Below, one piece after another: positions 18,478 through 28,114 of a stretch of 64,000 bases of DNA. The translations under genes and the position numbers were made by a program. Source of the stretch: a virus; IMG/VR virus record IMGVR_UViG_3300037010_000365, positions 17,962-81,961 of that record; one strand, written 5' to 3'. The number at the start of each line of letters is the position of its first letter. The stretch's first letter is position 1. Below the pieces are notes generated by a model. It saw nothing but the letters and a program-made list of their open reading frames with translations. It had not been told where the DNA came from and did no database searches.

Positions 18478-19533
18478 ATGTATGCTTTAATTACAGACAC
18501 TCACTTTGGGACACGTGGTGAATCCCAAATCTTCTTAGATGCTCACACAGCACTTCTAAAATCATTCTTCGAGTTTATCGATAAAAATAAAATCAAAAAG
18601 ATTATTCATACTGGTGATCTTTTTGATTCACGCAAAGCTGTATCTTCTAAATTACTGAATTGGGTTAGAGTCAATTGGATTGAACCAATAGTAAAAAGAA
18701 AGATAGAGTGTATTGTTATCGCAGGTAACCATGATACACATTTTAGATCGACTAATACTCCAAACTCAGTAAGAGAAGTTCTTTCTCCTTACTCAAAAAA
18801 CTTTATAGTTGTCGATGAAGCACCGCTGTACTTGTCATCGGGTATTAATAGGTTTGCTCTATTTCCATGGATTAATCCAAACTTAGAACAAACAATAACC
18901 GAAGACCTCAGTAAAAATACGTATGATATTGTATTTGGCCACTTTGATATTATCGGTGCAATTATGCAAGGCAATCAACTGTCTGAGCATGGACTTACTA
19001 TGGACATGTTAAAACATCATGGTAAGGTAATATCAGGACACTATCATAAAAGATCTATCACAAACAATATCCATTATCTTGGCAATCCAGTAGCTACTTC
19101 ATGGATGGAGTATTTTGATCAACACGGATGGTATACTTTAGATTCTGATACTTTAGATCTTAAATTTTACGAATTTGATTACCCGCTATATGACAGGATC
19201 TATGTTAACAGTGAAACTGAAATATTGTACGAGTGGTCTGGCGCTAAATTTATTAAAATCGATATCGATCAAAAGTCTGAATTCTGGTTTCAAAAACTGC
19301 TAACCTATCTAAGATCAATCCCTGAGATCATCCAGATTCAAATAAATGATAATACAATAGAAACATTAGGTGATAGCGTAACTATTTCAGAGGATGAACT
19401 TAAAGATGATCTGGTCACCATTATGAATAGAGCTATTGATGAATCTGCAGATTTAGCTAGCATATCAAATGAAATGAAGAAGTTAATTGCCGAATTACAC
19501 GAAGAAATATCTGGAAAGGGAATAATTAAGTGA
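18478..19533 (+). CDS. gp47: Recombination endonuclease subunit (Mre11/SbcD-like)
   Basis: TDTHFG, HTGDLFDSRK, AGNHD, FGHF, SGHYH. Confidence 0.95.
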   Translation: MYALITDTHFGTRGESQIFLDAHTALLKSFFEFIDKNKIKKIIHTGDLFDSRKAVSSKLLNWVRVNWIEPIVKRKIECIVIAGNHDTHFRSTNTPNSVREVLSPYSKNFIVVDEAPLYLSSGINRFALFPWINPNLEQTITEDLSKNTYDIVFGHFDIIGAIMQGNQLSEHGLTMDMLKHHGKVISGHYHKRSITNNIHYLGNPVATSWMEYFDQHGWYTLDSDTLDLKFYEFDYPLYDRIYVNSETEILYEWSGAKFIKIDIDQKSEFWFQKLLTYLRSIPEIIQIQINDNTIETLGDSVTISEDELKDDLVTIMNRAIDESADLASISNEMKKLIAELHEEISGKGIIK

Positions 19534-21254
19534 AAATTATTAAAATAACAGCTAAGAATTTCTTATCCTTTGGTAATAACACAGAAGAACTGAACATTGA
19601 TCTTAACGAATTAGTTCTATTGCAAGGTCGTAATGGTGCAGGTAAGAGTAGCATTTCAGAGACTATTACCTATGCGCTGTACGGTAAAACGTTAAGAAAC
19701 GTAAAGAAGTCAGATTTAGTTAATAAGGTAAACCGAAAAGAATGCATTGTTACTATTGAGTTCGAACAACACGGTTTTAACTATCTGGTTCGCCGAGGCA
19801 TTTCACCCAACATTTTTGAAATCTTTAAGAACGGAGAACTGGTTAATCAATCATCTTCTGTGTTAGACTATCAAACTATTTTAGAAACTGAAATACTTAA
19901 AATGTCTTATAACATGTTTAGACAGTTAGTTATTTTAAGTCCTAGCTCATTTACTTCGTTCTTTGAGATGAGCGCTTCAAATAGACGAGGTTTGTTAGAA
20001 GAGTTATTAGGGTTGACCGAAATCTCTATGATGCTAAACGTGCTAAATGGTAAAATTGTAGATGTTAAATCTAAACAAAACACGACCAAAGCTACGTCAG
20101 ACGAATTAACAAATACGATTAAAACGTTAAATGATAGTTTGAAAAAATCGCGTGAGTCATCTGATGAGTTATCTTCACAAATTCAATCAAAAATAGATAA
20201 GCTAAAATTAAACTTAGACCACGCTAGACAGGCAATGGATGATAAGATTCAATGTTTAACTGAATTACAAGTTGAATCGGTAAAAGCAAGCGCATCAACA
20301 ATAGATTCGACGATAAATCAGCTACAACATGGCATCACGGAAATTAATGCAATTATATCTCAGCTGAATAAGGAAGTTCAGTTTTTAGAATCTAACGATA
20401 ACTGCCCTACCTGTCACCAAGACATCACACAAGAACACAAGACTGAACTAATTAATAAGAATAACACTAAAAAAGAATCGGTTGCGCCTAAGTTAGATAC
20501 AGTGAGATCAAAGATTGAATCATTAAGCTTAGAAAAATCATCGCTAACTGAGGTAATTGCCAAAGCGAATGAACTTACATCAGATATTAGAAATCTTTCT
20601 AACGTGATTAAACAAGTTCAAACGCAAATAGACGATAATACATCTATTATATTAGAGGTTAGCACTCGAGACGATATTCAATTTATTAGTGATAAGGTTA
20701 ATGACACTAAGAATCGATTAATTGAGACACTTACATTATTACAAGATATTGGGACACAGCTGAATTTATACACGTCGACTAAAATGTTTTTAAGCGATGA
20801 TGGTATTAGAAAGCATATTATTCAAAAGTACATTCCGTTTATTGTTAATAAAGTTAACGAATGGTTAGAGCTGCTTGACTTTTTTGCTGTATTGGAAATC
20901 AATGATGATTTTGATGAAGTTATTAAAGTAAGAGGTTTTGATCCAACCAAGTACGGTAATCTTTCGTCAGGAGAACGTGCTAAATTAACTCTTGCATTAG
21001 TTATGACTTTTAGAGAACTATTATCTATTCGTAACAATTCAACCTGGAATTTATTATCATTGGATGAAATACTTGAAACCATCGACGCCGAGTCAAAAAA
21101 CAAGTTATTCTGGAGTCTGCGCAATATATCAGAAAAAGAACAAATGTCTATCATGGTTGTGAGTCATGGTACTAGCGTTACTGATCAATTTCATAAAGTT
21201 ATGGAAGTTAACAAGATTGGTAATTTTACAAAGATAACAAACATGGAATTGTAA
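19530..21254 (+). CDS. gp46: Recombination ATPase subunit (Rad50/SbcC-like)
   Basis: KNFLSFGN, GRNGAGKS, CPTC zinc hook, LSSGE, LDE, SH. Confidence 0.96.
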   Translation: MKIIKITAKNFLSFGNNTEELNIDLNELVLLQGRNGAGKSSISETITYALYGKTLRNVKKSDLVNKVNRKECIVTIEFEQHGFNYLVRRGISPNIFEIFKNGELVNQSSSVLDYQTILETEILKMSYNMFRQLVILSPSSFTSFFEMSASNRRGLLEELLGLTEISMMLNVLNGKIVDVKSKQNTTKATSDELTNTIKTLNDSLKKSRESSDELSSQIQSKIDKLKLNLDHARQAMDDKIQCLTELQVESVKASASTIDSTINQLQHGITEINAIISQLNKEVQFLESNDNCPTCHQDITQEHKTELINKNNTKKESVAPKLDTVRSKIESLSLEKSSLTEVIAKANELTSDIRNLSNVIKQVQTQIDDNTSIILEVSTRDDIQFISDKVNDTKNRLIETLTLLQDIGTQLNLYTSTKMFLSDDGIRKHIIQKYIPFIVNKVNEWLELLDFFAVLEINDDFDEVIKVRGFDPTKYGNLSSGERAKLTLALVMTFRELLSIRNNSTWNLLSLDEILETIDAESKNKLFWSLRNISEKEQMSIMVVSHGTSVTDQFHKVMEVNKIGNFTKITNMEL

Positions 21255-21313
21255 TTAGATTTTATATAATCTAAACTGAAATAAATAATACATTAATCAA
21301 AGGAACAATCTAT

Positions 21314-22363
21314 ATGAGTCTATTATCAAAATTCAAAGCAAACAAAAACATTTCAGAATTCATTCTTTCTGAAGAAAATCAAGTAGACAAAGGATTTATC
21401 TCAACCGGGTGTATGTCGTTAAACATTCTATTTTCTGGCAGATTGGATGGCGGTATTCCTATTGGTAAAATTAGCCAGGTTGCTGCTCCATCTGCCCTAG
21501 GTAAAAGCTTTATTGGGATGAAAGTAGCTAAGAACGCCCAAAAGAAAGGTCTGGAAGTAGTTTATATCGATACAGAGTTTGCGTTTGACTTTGGATTTGC
21601 TGAATCTATCGGTCTCGACAACGATAAGCTTATGGTTATTCAAGATAATCAAATCGAAAGTGTACAGAAAACTATTATGCAAATGCTAGAAGGTATTGAC
21701 AAGAAAGAACGTGATCGTTTGCTTATTCTTATCGATTCTTGGGGTGGTTTGGTAACGAGCAAGACTACTACAGACGCGCTAGATGGTAAAGACGTTAGCG
21801 ATATGACTGTTAGTAAGAAAAAGAATATGCTGTCTCGATTATTAATGGGCGGACCTACAGTGTTTGTCATCAACCAGGTGTACGATACATTTGACCAGTA
21901 TAATCCTTTAGCAATTGCAGGCGGTCGCGGATTATATTTTGCTTCAAGCTCTATTGTATTAGGTTCGTCAAAAGCTAGAGAAAAAGATTCAGACGGCGAT
22001 ATTTCAGGCGCTATCGTAACAGCTGTAACAAAAAAATCAAGATCTTCAAAAGAAAATACGAAATTAAAGTACCTAATTCGATATGACGGTGGTATTCATC
22101 CAGTGTATGGTATTTTAGAAGATGCTATGGAGTGTGGTGTTGTTGAGAAGCCATCTATGGGTTGGTACACAAGACCTGACGTAGAAAATGATAGAAAATG
22201 GCGTGAGAAGGAAGTATGGAATACCTGGGAAGTGTTTTGGGCTCCTATTTTAAAATCAGCCAAGTTTAAAAAGTTCATTGAAGACAAATATAGCTTTAAG
22301 GAATCAAAGATTATTGATGAGAACTTTGATTTTGACGATTCTTCAACTGATAGAGAAGAGTAA
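21314..22363 (+). CDS. uvsX: RecA-like recombinase UvsX
   Basis: STG..SLN..FSG..DGG, APSALGKS, YIDTEF, IDSWG, INQVY. Confidence 0.95.
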   Translation: MSLLSKFKANKNISEFILSEENQVDKGFISTGCMSLNILFSGRLDGGIPIGKISQVAAPSALGKSFIGMKVAKNAQKKGLEVVYIDTEFAFDFGFAESIGLDNDKLMVIQDNQIESVQKTIMQMLEGIDKKERDRLLILIDSWGGLVTSKTTTDALDGKDVSDMTVSKKKNMLSRLLMGGPTVFVINQVYDTFDQYNPLAIAGGRGLYFASSSIVLGSSKAREKDSDGDISGAIVTAVTKKSRSSKENTKLKYLIRYDGGIHPVYGILEDAMECGVVEKPSMGWYTRPDVENDRKWREKEVWNTWEVFWAPILKSAKFKKFIEDKYSFKESKIIDENFDFDDSSTDREE

Positions 22364-22390
22364 CGTTTGTTTATAAAACAAGTTTGAATG

Positions 22391-22412
22391 AAAAGGAGCT
22401 TCGGCTCCTTTT
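22391..22412 (+). terminator. Rho-independent terminator after uvsX
   Basis: AAAAGGAGC-TTCG-GCTCCTTTT. Confidence 0.9.
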
Positions 22413-22432
22413 AATTTATAAGGTTTATCATA

Positions 22433-23125
22433 TTGAAAACGTTTAAATAATTCTTACCGGAAAATCCAATAAATTTTCCGGATTATAATCGAACAAATTA
22501 TAAAAATTTATGGCAAGCAGAATATTCTACGTACTTTCATACTAAGAAAGATAATAAACTTGTAAAACTTAGCGATGAATTTTATCGATTAGATATAGAC
22601 CCTAATAGAAAACAGATTATGGTTTATTTCGTTCGTGGCGATAATCTTATTGGAATAGTTGGACTTGTGAAGGTCAATTTGCACACTGGTGCATACATGG
22701 AAAGATTAATTATTAAGAATCCAGAGTACTCTGAATTTAAAGGATTAGCCGAGAAAATGTATAAATTTATTAGCAGTTATATTGTTAACGGGCTAATACT
22801 GTCAGACGAAGAGCATTCAGATACTAATAAAGCAATTTGGTTGAAATGGTTTAAACAAGGAAAAGCTGTTGCCTTTAATTTGCAAACCAGAAGCATTGTA
22901 TCAGACGAGAAAGAAATATATGGTAAAGATAAACGACATATTATTTTGGTATTGGACATTAACAAACAATTCGATAATTTAACTGAATGCTTCGCTAATG
23001 TGCACGAATATAATATAAGCGTTCAATCTATGTTAGATCAGAGTCTGAACTATGATAATAATATAGATAGCATTGGTAAGTCTACTGAAGAATTTATTTT
23101 AAAAATTAGACAAAATACGTTATGA
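22433..23125 (+). pseudogene. Putative internal-protein-like gene with an in-frame TAA at codon 6 (ORF track shows 22619-23125)
   Basis: TTG start gives MKTFK*FLPENP..., then open in frame into the 22619 ORF; weak GNAT-like resemblance. Confidence 0.55.
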
Positions 23126-23144
23126 TATACTAAACATAAACCAA

Positions 23145-24023
23145 ATGAACAATACCGTGCATATCTTTGAAACCGCTATGTCCCCTTCAATAAATAAAGA
23201 TGTCATTTATAAAAAATATAAGGAACAAATCAAGATGTATACACCAGCTAAAACTAAGTTAATTTCACGCGCTGATGACTATGAAGAAAAGTCAATCACT
23301 GTAGCAGAAGATTCGTCTCGTGATATCTGTTTACTATACATCAGAGGACCTATTGAAGAGGTTGAGACTTATAGTAAAGAGCTAATTGAACTTGATCGTT
23401 TGTCAAGCAAGTATGATAGAATCGAGATTGTTATTAATACGCCAGGCGGTGCGCTGACAACTACAATTGATCTTATTAATATAATTCGTAAATTCAAATA
23501 TGTTACTACATTTGGCGTAGGCGAAATCTGCTCAGCTGGTTTTATTCTATGGGCTCTTGGTGATGTTAAGGTTGTTGCTCCTTACTCACTATACATGTCG
23601 CACAGGGAATCGTACGGGACATATGGTAAAACACTAGAACATAAGCGTATGGCGTTAATCAACGAGCAGATTAACGGTAGGTTATATGATGAAATTGTTA
23701 TCCCGTTACTAACATCAGAAGAGATTAGCGTTATTGGTTTAAGTGAATGCTGGATTGATGGGCAAAGTCTTGTTGATCGTGGTGTTGCTATCACAGAAGA
23801 AACATACAACAATCCAAAAACAGTAGCTAGAGTAGATATATATAGTATTGACGGCCAAATGTTTGTATGGAATGAAGAAAGCAAAGTATTCTTTGAAGTT
23901 GACACAATTTCCATCACAAATCGATATGTTGAAGATTTAAACCAGTACGCTCTTGGTTTATCTGATGTACTATGTGATATTGATGATAGTCAAGAAGGAG
24001 ATGATACCGGACCTCATTACTAA
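23145..24023 (+). CDS. ClpP-like peptidase
   Basis: LYIRGPI, INTPGG, CSAGF (catalytic Ser), YMSH (catalytic His). Confidence 0.8.
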   Translation: MNNTVHIFETAMSPSINKDVIYKKYKEQIKMYTPAKTKLISRADDYEEKSITVAEDSSRDICLLYIRGPIEEVETYSKELIELDRLSSKYDRIEIVINTPGGALTTTIDLINIIRKFKYVTTFGVGEICSAGFILWALGDVKVVAPYSLYMSHRESYGTYGKTLEHKRMALINEQINGRLYDEIVIPLLTSEEISVIGLSECWIDGQSLVDRGVAITEETYNNPKTVARVDIYSIDGQMFVWNEESKVFFEVDTISITNRYVEDLNQYALGLSDVLCDIDDSQEGDDTGPHY

Positions 24024-24071
24024 CGAATAACGTATGCGACTGAACATTAAAAATAAAAATAAAGGATTATA

Positions 24072-25457
24072 ATGTCTAATAAAATTTACTGTCTGGATAC
24101 TAATGTTTTATTATCTGATCCAACGGCGATTTACAACTTCGATGAACACCAAGTCTATATTCCTTTTATAGTTTTAAGCGAATTGGATAGTAAGAAAGTA
24201 GGACATACCGATTTAAACCGTAATGCTCGTGAAGCTACTCGGCAGTTAGAAATTATAATGCAGACTGAGGTTTCCAATAATCTCTATAAAATAAACGAAG
24301 CTGGTGGAACATTATCTTTCACCACTCAAGATCTAAAAACATCCATCAGCGGTGAAATGACAAATGACGATATTATCATTGCAGAAGTTAGCAAATTAAG
24401 CGAAACTATTAAAGACAAGCAGGTTATTCTAGTTTCAGCTGATATTAACATGAGAGTTAAGGCCAAGTCACTATTGCTATTAGTAGAAGCTTATAAACAC
24501 AATCAAGTTAACATAGCTGATTCTGACGTCGTAGGCCTTGGTTATAAGCTTGCTCACGATCATTTTTCTCAAAACACTATTGATCGTTTAGTTCAAGTAT
24601 TTCATTCTAGTAAGGACACGATTACAGTACCTTACACTGGTGATGAACTAGAGCCTTTTACTATCAATGGTTACATTGCTGTATCTGATAATGTTCAATT
24701 TGCTGTGATTGATCAAGATGAGCTAAAAGTAACTCTAGCCCCTGTTACACAATACAATGGTAGAGCTAATGTTTGGGGTATTAGAGCTAAGAACGCTGAA
24801 CAGAATATTGCGTTAAACATGTTAATGGATAAGAATAAGCACCTGGTTGTAGTCGGTGGGCAAGCAGGGTCAGGTAAAACTATTATCGCATTGGCAGCTG
24901 CGTTAGAATTAGTAATTGAGCAGAAGCTTTACGAACGAATTGTTTTCATGCGGGAGACTGTAGTTGCAGCTGGTGCTGAGGAGATTGGTTTCTTACCAGG
25001 TACGTTAGATGATAAGATGATTCCATATTTAGGCGCGCTAACAGAAAACCTAAAGCAACTGACTGGTTTTGCTGAACAACCTAAAACTTCAAAGAAACAA
25101 ACAACTCCTGAAAAAATTACTAGCCCTTTAGGTCAGTTTGAAGATATAATTGAGATTAATAGTATCGGACTCATGCGCGGCACAAGCATTCCTAATGCTA
25201 TTATCATTATTGATGAGTCACAAAACTTGACTAAAGATATGGTAAAGATGTTACTCACACGAGCAGGTGAAGGTACTAAAATCATAATGCTAGGTAACAT
25301 GAATCAGATTGATAATGTATATTTGTCAAAGAACAATAATGGTATGGCGATTGTTGTAGACAAGTTCAAAGATTGTGATATTTTTGGATATACTATTCTT
25401 CAGCAGACTGTTAGATCTAAGCTTGCTGAAGAAGCAGTAAATAGACTAGTTGGTTGA
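24072..25457 (+). CDS. phoH: PIN-domain + PhoH ATPase fusion (PhoH2/YlaK type)
   Basis: LDTNVLL PIN motif, S.DINMRVKA, GQAGSGKT, IGFLPG, MRGTS, DESQN. Confidence 0.92.
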   Translation: MSNKIYCLDTNVLLSDPTAIYNFDEHQVYIPFIVLSELDSKKVGHTDLNRNAREATRQLEIIMQTEVSNNLYKINEAGGTLSFTTQDLKTSISGEMTNDDIIIAEVSKLSETIKDKQVILVSADINMRVKAKSLLLLVEAYKHNQVNIADSDVVGLGYKLAHDHFSQNTIDRLVQVFHSSKDTITVPYTGDELEPFTINGYIAVSDNVQFAVIDQDELKVTLAPVTQYNGRANVWGIRAKNAEQNIALNMLMDKNKHLVVVGGQAGSGKTIIALAAALELVIEQKLYERIVFMRETVVAAGAEEIGFLPGTLDDKMIPYLGALTENLKQLTGFAEQPKTSKKQTTPEKITSPLGQFEDIIEINSIGLMRGTSIPNAIIIIDESQNLTKDMVKMLLTRAGEGTKIIMLGNMNQIDNVYLSKNNNGMAIVVDKFKDCDIFGYTILQQTVRSKLAEEAVNRLVG

Positions 25458-25596
25458 TTTTAAATGATATTCATACTTATTTTGATTTATTTTGAAATAA
25501 GTATGAAATAACAGTTTACTTCTTAGCAAGATGTAGTATATAATTATCACAAGTTAAGAAGTTAACGATTTTAAATAAATGTAATAGGCGAATATC

Positions 25597-25776
25597 ATGG
25601 ATCAGAAAGAATTTGTAACAATCAACGGTACAATTGTTGAAGCGGAAATGACTTTTGAAGAGATTGCTAAAGAATTAGGTATCACCGTTCAAGGCGCTCG
25701 CGCATTATATTGTCGCGCCATTATCAAGTTGCAAAAACAAGCTAAGCGCTTAGGGTTAGACGTATATCTATCGTAA
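25597..25776 (+). CDS. 59-aa sigma70 region-4-like HTH protein (not in ORF track)
   Basis: MTFEEIAKELGITVQGARALYCRAIIKLQK; early promoter at 25514 and AGG RBS. Confidence 0.7.
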   Translation: MDQKEFVTINGTIVEAEMTFEEIAKELGITVQGARALYCRAIIKLQKQAKRLGLDVYLS

Positions 25777-25805
25777 TAATTTTTACATCATTTGAGTATA
25801 CAGAC

Positions 25806-26462
25806 ATGCAAACATTTAATGAGTATCTATTTGAAATGTCTATAGCTATGTTAGGCGATTGGAAAGATGGGTATGCGAATCTAACGCCAATTAGTAAACT
25901 AGTAACAGATAAAAACTGGGAACTAATTACAACTATAGAAATATCAGGCGATGTATACGAACTAAGAAAACTCAAAGAAAAAGAAGTATATATCTTGGGT
26001 AAATTTGTTGAAGCTGAAGACTTGGAATTAACTACCAATGAATTAGTTACTAAATTCAACGTCGTATTTCAAATCAACCTAGGTAGAGATTATAAAGTCG
26101 AATCACAATTATCGCGTATTGGTGGTAATTATACACGCATTGCTAATGTAAATGGTGTTGTTGTTGACACATCTATGCAAGGTAAGGGAATTGCTCTAAC
26201 AATTTATAAATGGTTAGTAAATGATCAGGGTTTTGTAATAATGGGTGATTCTAAACAATACTTTGGCGCAAGAAAACTATGGTCAAAACTAAGTAAGCAA
26301 CATGATATAGTTGTTGATTTGGTTGATATTAAGCGAGGAAAGCTAATAGAATCTCATGTTAAACTACATCAAGGCGATCATGAAACTGACTTTGACGCTC
26401 GCTTATGGTCATTAGGTAAAGAAAAGAAAAACATTAGACCTGTTCTACGAAAAATATTGTAA
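25806..26462 (+). CDS. GNAT-like protein with a capsid-targeting-like N-terminus
   Basis: MQTFNEYLFE start; VVVDTSMQGKGIA acetyl-CoA motif A; GARKLW. Confidence 0.6.
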   Translation: MQTFNEYLFEMSIAMLGDWKDGYANLTPISKLVTDKNWELITTIEISGDVYELRKLKEKEVYILGKFVEAEDLELTTNELVTKFNVVFQINLGRDYKVESQLSRIGGNYTRIANVNGVVVDTSMQGKGIALTIYKWLVNDQGFVIMGDSKQYFGARKLWSKLSKQHDIVVDLVDIKRGKLIESHVKLHQGDHETDFDARLWSLGKEKKNIRPVLRKIL

Positions 26463-26561
26463 ATAATTGTTTACTTTCTAATAAGATAGTATATAATTAT
26501 TACAAGTTAAGGAAGCTAACCGCATAAATTAAAATACTTTGATTTAATTAAATGCTTCCTG
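26462..26561 (+). repeat. Early promoter + AGGAAGC...GCTTCCTG hairpin cassette, copy 1
   Basis: Near-identical to 27521-27618 and 28915-29017. Confidence 0.88.
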
Positions 26562-26569
26562 TTAAACTT

Positions 26570-26612
26570 AGGACTGTAGCTCAGTTGGTGAGCAACAGTT
26601 TGTCATCATTGA
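26570..26612 (+). pseudogene. tRNA 5'-half relic
   Basis: AGGACTG-TA-GCTCAGTTGGTGAGC acceptor and D-arm, no T-arm or 3' half follows. Confidence 0.5.
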
Positions 26613-26693
26613 TAAGCCTTTACGCGGCGATGATATAAGTAAACATTTATTTGTTGAAACTAATTATCAAAAAATTAGCGACTAGCTAAAACT

Positions 26694-26769
26694 CCTCCGG
26701 TAGCTCAACTAGTAGAGCAGTTCTCTCATAAAGGACCGGTTGCAGGGGCAGAGCCTGCCTGGAGGACCA
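26694..26769 (+). tRNA. tRNA with CAU anticodon, probably tRNA-Ile2 (lysidine)
   Basis: CCTCCGG/CTGGAGG acceptor, CTCATAA loop, CCA end, atypical T-loop GGCAGAG; adjacent to tilS. Confidence 0.8.
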
Positions 26770-26909
26770 ATTATGTGTTATGATGCATTGTACGAATATA
26801 TTGATATTCTCCTGTCGATAGAAAGCAATACATTCAGCTACCAATCGTTTAGCTGTTTACCTGACTGCTGATCAGAATTTGGTTTATATAAAATTCAAAG
26901 GACTGTATA

Positions 26910-27515
26910 ATGAGACTAGCTTGCAAACTACCTCATGATTGTTATATTGCGTTTAGCGGGGGTTCTGATTCATCTGCTCTAACACATTTCGCTTTATCAC
27001 ATCCTAAGCGCAAAGTTGCGTTAGTATATGTTGTTTATCAAGACTTCAACCACGTAGATTCTGAACTGGCGTATGTAACAACTGCAGCTAAAGAATATAA
27101 TCTAGATTTGATTTTATACTATGCTGAATTAAATCCAGGTAACCTAACAAAAGAGCAGCATTGGTCTATTCAACGCAACAAGTTCTTTAACACTCTTGAT
27201 AAACCAGTATTAACCGGTCATAATTTAGATGATGCGTTAGAGTGGTTTATGATGACATCAACAAGAGGGAATATGATTGGTAAGTTAATGCCAATTATTA
27301 ACAAAAATGTTCAGCGACCTTTGTTATTCACTAACAAACAAACTGTAATGAAATATATCGATAAACACGATATTAAATACTTTTACGATATAACTAATAG
27401 CGACACCAGCATTGCTCGCAATGAGATTAGGCACAACGTAATTCCTAGTCTGGTTAAGATTAACCCTGGAGTTTACAGGTCACTTATTAGACGGTACGGT
27501 AACATACCGGGCTAA
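26910..27515 (+). CDS. tilS: tRNA(Ile)-lysidine synthase, minimal catalytic domain
   Basis: AFSGGSDS PP-loop, TGHNLDD.LE, RPLL, D.TN.D, RN.IRH.VIP. Confidence 0.88.
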   Translation: MRLACKLPHDCYIAFSGGSDSSALTHFALSHPKRKVALVYVVYQDFNHVDSELAYVTTAAKEYNLDLILYYAELNPGNLTKEQHWSIQRNKFFNTLDKPVLTGHNLDDALEWFMMTSTRGNMIGKLMPIINKNVQRPLLFTNKQTVMKYIDKHDIKYFYDITNSDTSIARNEIRHNVIPSLVKINPGVYRSLIRRYGNIPG

Positions 27516-27520
27516 GTTGA

Positions 27521-27618
27521 AATAATTGTTTACTTTCAATCAATATAAGTATATAATTATTACAAGTTAAGGAAGCTAACAGCATAAATTAGAAATTGCT
27601 TTAATTTAATGCTTCCTG
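27521..27618 (+). repeat. Promoter-hairpin cassette, copy 2
   Basis: See copy 1. Confidence 0.88.
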
Positions 27619-27626
27619 TTAAATTT

Positions 27627-27713
27627 GGTACTGTATCTTAGTTGGTCAGAGTGGTAGATACATGGTCGTTGGTTCAAGCCCAACCAGTCCTACCAGTCCT
27701 ACCAGTCCTACCA
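27627..27713 (+). pseudogene. Degenerate tRNA lacking an anticodon arm, ending in a 3x 9-bp tandem repeat (ACCAGTCCT) + ACCA
   Basis: D-loop AGTTGGT, T-arm GTTGG-TTCAAGC-CCAAC, triplicated 3' acceptor strand. Confidence 0.6.
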
Positions 27714-27751
27714 TATAAATATAATTTTATTAATAAATTGAGGTAACCGAT

Positions 27752-28111
27752 ATGAAAACGTTTTTAGAGTTCTTAAATGAAAGTAATAACAAATTAACTA
27801 GTAACCCTTCTAAGAAATTCATCGATATGATGCCGACGATCATAGATTCGATTTTCGATAGCTGGTTCAAAGCTAATGGGGTGAATATATTGAGTTCGAA
27901 AGTTGTTAACGGTAATCGTGCATATTTTGGTTCAAAGGGTGATAAATATTATAAGTTCTCTTTCTATTTAGGTCGTTCTTTCTCTACTGTTAAATTTTCA
28001 ATGTTGAGTGAAGATAATATTAAAATTCTAACAAAAAGACCTGATACTGATCCAGCAGAAATTATGGACGTTAGTCAATTTAAGTTTATCGATGATATTT
28101 TAACTTTGTAA
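27752..28111 (+). CDS. Putative internal head protein (capsid-targeting N-terminus)
   Basis: MKTFLEFLNE start, late promoter at 27715, GAGG RBS. Confidence 0.6.
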   Translation: MKTFLEFLNESNNKLTSNPSKKFIDMMPTIIDSIFDSWFKANGVNILSSKVVNGNRAYFGSKGDKYYKFSFYLGRSFSTVKFSMLSEDNIKILTKRPDTDPAEIMDVSQFKFIDDILTL

Positions 28112-28114
28112 TCA

